44,129 nt of DNA from Chloropicon primus (taxonomy: Eukaryota): the NCBI GenBank assembly GCA_023205875.1, contig CP060771.1, positions 434,001 to 478,129 on the forward strand, in the 5' to 3' direction. Below are positions 41,613 to 44,129 of this stretch, in pieces (the stretch's first letter is position 1; the number at the start of each line of letters is the position of its first letter). A model generated the notes under the pieces. It saw only the letters and a list, made by a program, of their open reading frames with translations, searched no databases and was not told the DNA's origin. The position numbers and the translations under genes were made by a program.

Positions 41613-41738
41613 GGGGGTGTAGCTCATTTGGCAGAGCGTTCGCTTTGCATTAACATGGGGTTTACTACAAGGACTCGACATCTCTGGAGCCCCCACGAAA
41701 TCTGCGAAAGGCAGGGGGTTCGATTCCCTCCACCTCCA
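41613..41738 (+). tRNA. tRNA-Ala(UGC) with a 53-nt intron (41650-41702) at canonical position 37/38
   Basis: Acceptor stem GGGGGTG/CACCTCC with G3:U70, D-arm GCTC/GAGC, anticodon stem TTCGC/GCGAA, anticodon TGC at 41646-41648, T-arm GGGGG-TTCGATT-CCCTC, discriminator A. Confidence 0.93.
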
Positions 41739-41739
41739 A

Positions 41740-41747
41740 TTTTTTTT
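41740..41747 (+). terminator. RNA polymerase III oligo-T terminator of the tRNA gene
   Basis: T8 run immediately after the tRNA 3' end. Confidence 0.85.
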
Positions 41748-42230
41748 GCACCTCTGGATCCCTGACTCTCGCAGGGGGAGGAGGCAGCAGGACGACGACG
41801 ACGTGCATCATCACGATGGATGGGTGGATCGATCCTTCTTCTTCTTCGTTTCGTGACGGTGTGGATCCGTCCAGTCCATCGTCATCAAAGCCAGTGCTTC
41901 GGTCGGTCACCCACCCTCTTGTTGTTGTTGGGCTCAAGGCAGAGAGGAGGGAGGGAGTTACATCGGAGGGGCAGACGCGCGTGGTGGTGGCGGGGGGATT
42001 GGGAGGAGGCCTGTGCGAATGCGGTGGAGGGGCTGGAAGGCGTTTGCTTGGCTGAAAGGAGGGGAGGCATTGTCGCGTGTGAGGTGTCCTCTACCTCGAC
42101 GAGGGCGACAGAGGAGGGTGCGGGGGGTCATGAAGCGGGGAGGGCGAGGGGACGAGGAGAGGGGACCCCGGGTTGCTGGTGTGGTGTTGCTCAATGCATC
42201 CGTGTGTTGGGTTCAGTTCATGGGTGGATT

Positions 42231-42250
42231 TTTTAGGTTTTAGGTTTAGG
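42231..42250 (+). repeat. Interstitial telomere-like tract TTTTAGG TTTTAGG TTTAGG
   Basis: Three units in the same orientation as the terminal array, 1.1 kb inside it. Confidence 0.85.
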
Positions 42251-43077
42251 CTTGGAGAACCTCATGGGGCGGCGCTGATTGGGGGCCTGTGGGGGAGCTC
42301 ATGGAGGTCCAGCGGGGAGGCAGAGGATTGATTTCGAGGTGTGCTTGGGGGGTCTGTGTGGGGATCCAAATGAGGTCCTTGGAATACCTTGGTCTCAATC
42401 GCCTTGCTCCATTGACACTGAATGGGAGGAGGAGGGGCCGAGCCCAGATAATGTGTATGTGTGCCCGGGTCCGGGCACTGGCGTCCAGGGGTGAGGGAGG
42501 AGAGAGAGGTGTTGAGGGTGATGCAGTGGTTTGGGAGGGGAAGGAGGCAAGGAGAGGTGTGTTATAAGTAGTTGTTCGTGGATTGGATCCTCTTTGTTTG
42601 GTTCATGCTGACTTGATTGTGTAATGTAGGTGTGTATGATATGATTCTGTTGCATTATTGTCCATTTTTCGCCTATTTTTCGGTACGAATAGTGGAGTGA
42701 CGGATCCAGATCGTGTCTGATGGTTGTGAAACTTTGTCAGAAGGGGCTTGTATTTTATATTTGGATACTCTTGTAATATAGTGTATCTTCCCGTTGTCGT
42801 TGAGCCTGTAGAGATCCATCTGTCGGACCACTAAAACCCAAAACACAGCCCTCCATGGATGATGATAATGTTATGTGAATGGAGTCCGTGATGAAGAGCC
42901 CTGTTCCGGGTGGAGTGCAATCTAGGGCACCAGAGAATAAAGAGGTCCAATCGTAAACCTTACCCTGATCCACTCTTCTGCTGGAATCCGTCGTCTTATG
43001 CGACCTGGTTTATGGCCGACTAAAACCCAGATCACACTTAAAACTTATACCAGAAAGAAAAAGTGCGGTGGCTGGAG

Positions 43078-43365
43078 GCACCACGGAAAGCTTGTATGAT
43101 GCGGCGGTGTCTTTCACTTAGGCTTCTTTTGTTCTCCGGCTCCTTTCCTTGGCCAGGACTTCCTTCCTTTCTTCCTCGGGCAAACCCTACTCAAGACACT
43201 TCGGACCCACGAGAGGGCCTTTTAGGCGTTAGGTTTTAGGACTCCCAAGGCTTTAGGAAACGCGGTGACTCGGACGCACCACGGCAAGCTTGGATGATGC
43301 GACGGTGTCTTTCACTTAGGCTTCTTTTGTTCTCCTGCTCCTTTCCTTGGCCAGGTCGTCCTTCC
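43078..43365. repeat. Subtelomeric ~90 bp direct repeat, two copies 198 bp apart
   Basis: GCACCACGG-AAGCTTG-ATGATGCG-CGGTGTCTTTCACTTAGGCTTCTTTTGTTCTCC-GCTCCTTTCCTTGGCCAGG at 43078 and 43276. Confidence 0.9.
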
Positions 43366-44129
43366 TTAGGTTTAGGATTGTAGGTTTGTTAGGTTTAGGT
43401 TTTAGGTTTAGGTTTAGGTTTTAGGGTTTTAGGTTTTAGGTTTTAGGTTTTAGGTTTTGGTTTAGGTTTAGGGTTTAGGTTTAGGTTTTAGGTTTTAGGT
43501 TTTAGGTTTTAGGTTTTAGGTTTAGGTTTTAGGTTTTAGGTTTTAGGTTTTAGGTTTTAGGTTTTAGGTTTTAGGTTTTAGGTTTTAGGTTTTAGGTTTT
43601 AGGTTTTAGGTTTTAGGTTTTAGGTTTTAGGTTTTAGGTTTTAGGTTTTAGGTTTTAGGTTTTAGGTTTTAGGTTTTAGGTTTTAGGTTTTAGGTTTTAG
43701 GTTTTAGGTTTTAGGTTTTTAGGTTTTAGGTTTTAGGTTTTAGGTTTTAGGTTTTAGGTTTTAGGTTTTAGGTTTTAGGTTTTAGGTTTTAGGTTTTAGG
43801 TTTTAGGTTTTAGGTTTTAGGTTTTAGGTTTTAGGTTTTAGGTTTTAGGTTTTAGGTTTTAGGTTTTAGGTTTTAGGTTTTAGGTTTTAGGTTTTAGGTT
43901 TTAGGTTTTAGGTTTTAGGTTTAGGTTTTAGGTTTTAGGTTTTAGGTTTTAGGTTTTAGGTTTTAGGTTTTAGGTTTTAGGTTTTAGGTTTTAGGTTTTA
44001 GGTTTTAGGTTTAGGTTTTAGGTTTTAGGTTTTAGGTTTTAGGTTTTAGGTTTAGGTTTTAGGTTTTAGGTTTTAGGTTTTAGGTTTTAGGTTTTAGGTT
44101 TTAGGTTTTAGGTTTTAGGTTTTAGGTTT
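43366..44129 (+). repeat. Telomere, (TTTTAGG)n, degenerate proximally
   Basis: About 760 bp array running to the window end with the G-rich strand 5'->3' toward the end; TTTAGG and other variants mostly in the first ~150 bp. Confidence 0.98.

Noticed and set aside
41760..42560. Short ORFs in the G-rich subtelomeric segment
   Set aside because: Low complexity, no recognisable motifs and no consistent codon bias.

Overview
This is the right-hand end of a chromosome from a compact, GC-rich eukaryotic genome, most likely a green picoalga. The TTTTAGG telomere, few short GT-AG introns with (A/G)CTGAC branch sites, TGTAA poly(A)-like signals, plastid-type genes and microsatellite-rich spacers would fit Chloropicon, but that assignment is an inference. 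The window holds about 18 protein-coding genes: V-ATPase H, RPN11, COQ3, a BTB protein, a PHD protein, NARA5-like pfkB kinase, RAB1, ABC1 kinase, RluA-type pseudouridine synthase, TRAPPC2L, a small orphan ORF, peroxisomal Lon, glycine cleavage H, PDS5, UMP-CMP kinase, a giant TPR-ankyrin-multipass membrane protein, a YdfG-like SDR and ICP55/XPNPEP3. After these come an intron-containing tRNA-Ala(UGC), a short subtelomere and about 760 bp of telomeric repeat. The strongest candidate for an undescribed system is the intronless ~1980-aa protein that joins a long TPR solenoid, ankyrin repeats and an ~11-helix membrane module with a Cys-rich loop. Also notable are a recurring GAAAGATC-N-YGAGA element in divergent promoters and several duplications with nucleosome-scale periods (166-198 bp). 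Family calls come from motif recognition by eye; no database searches were run.
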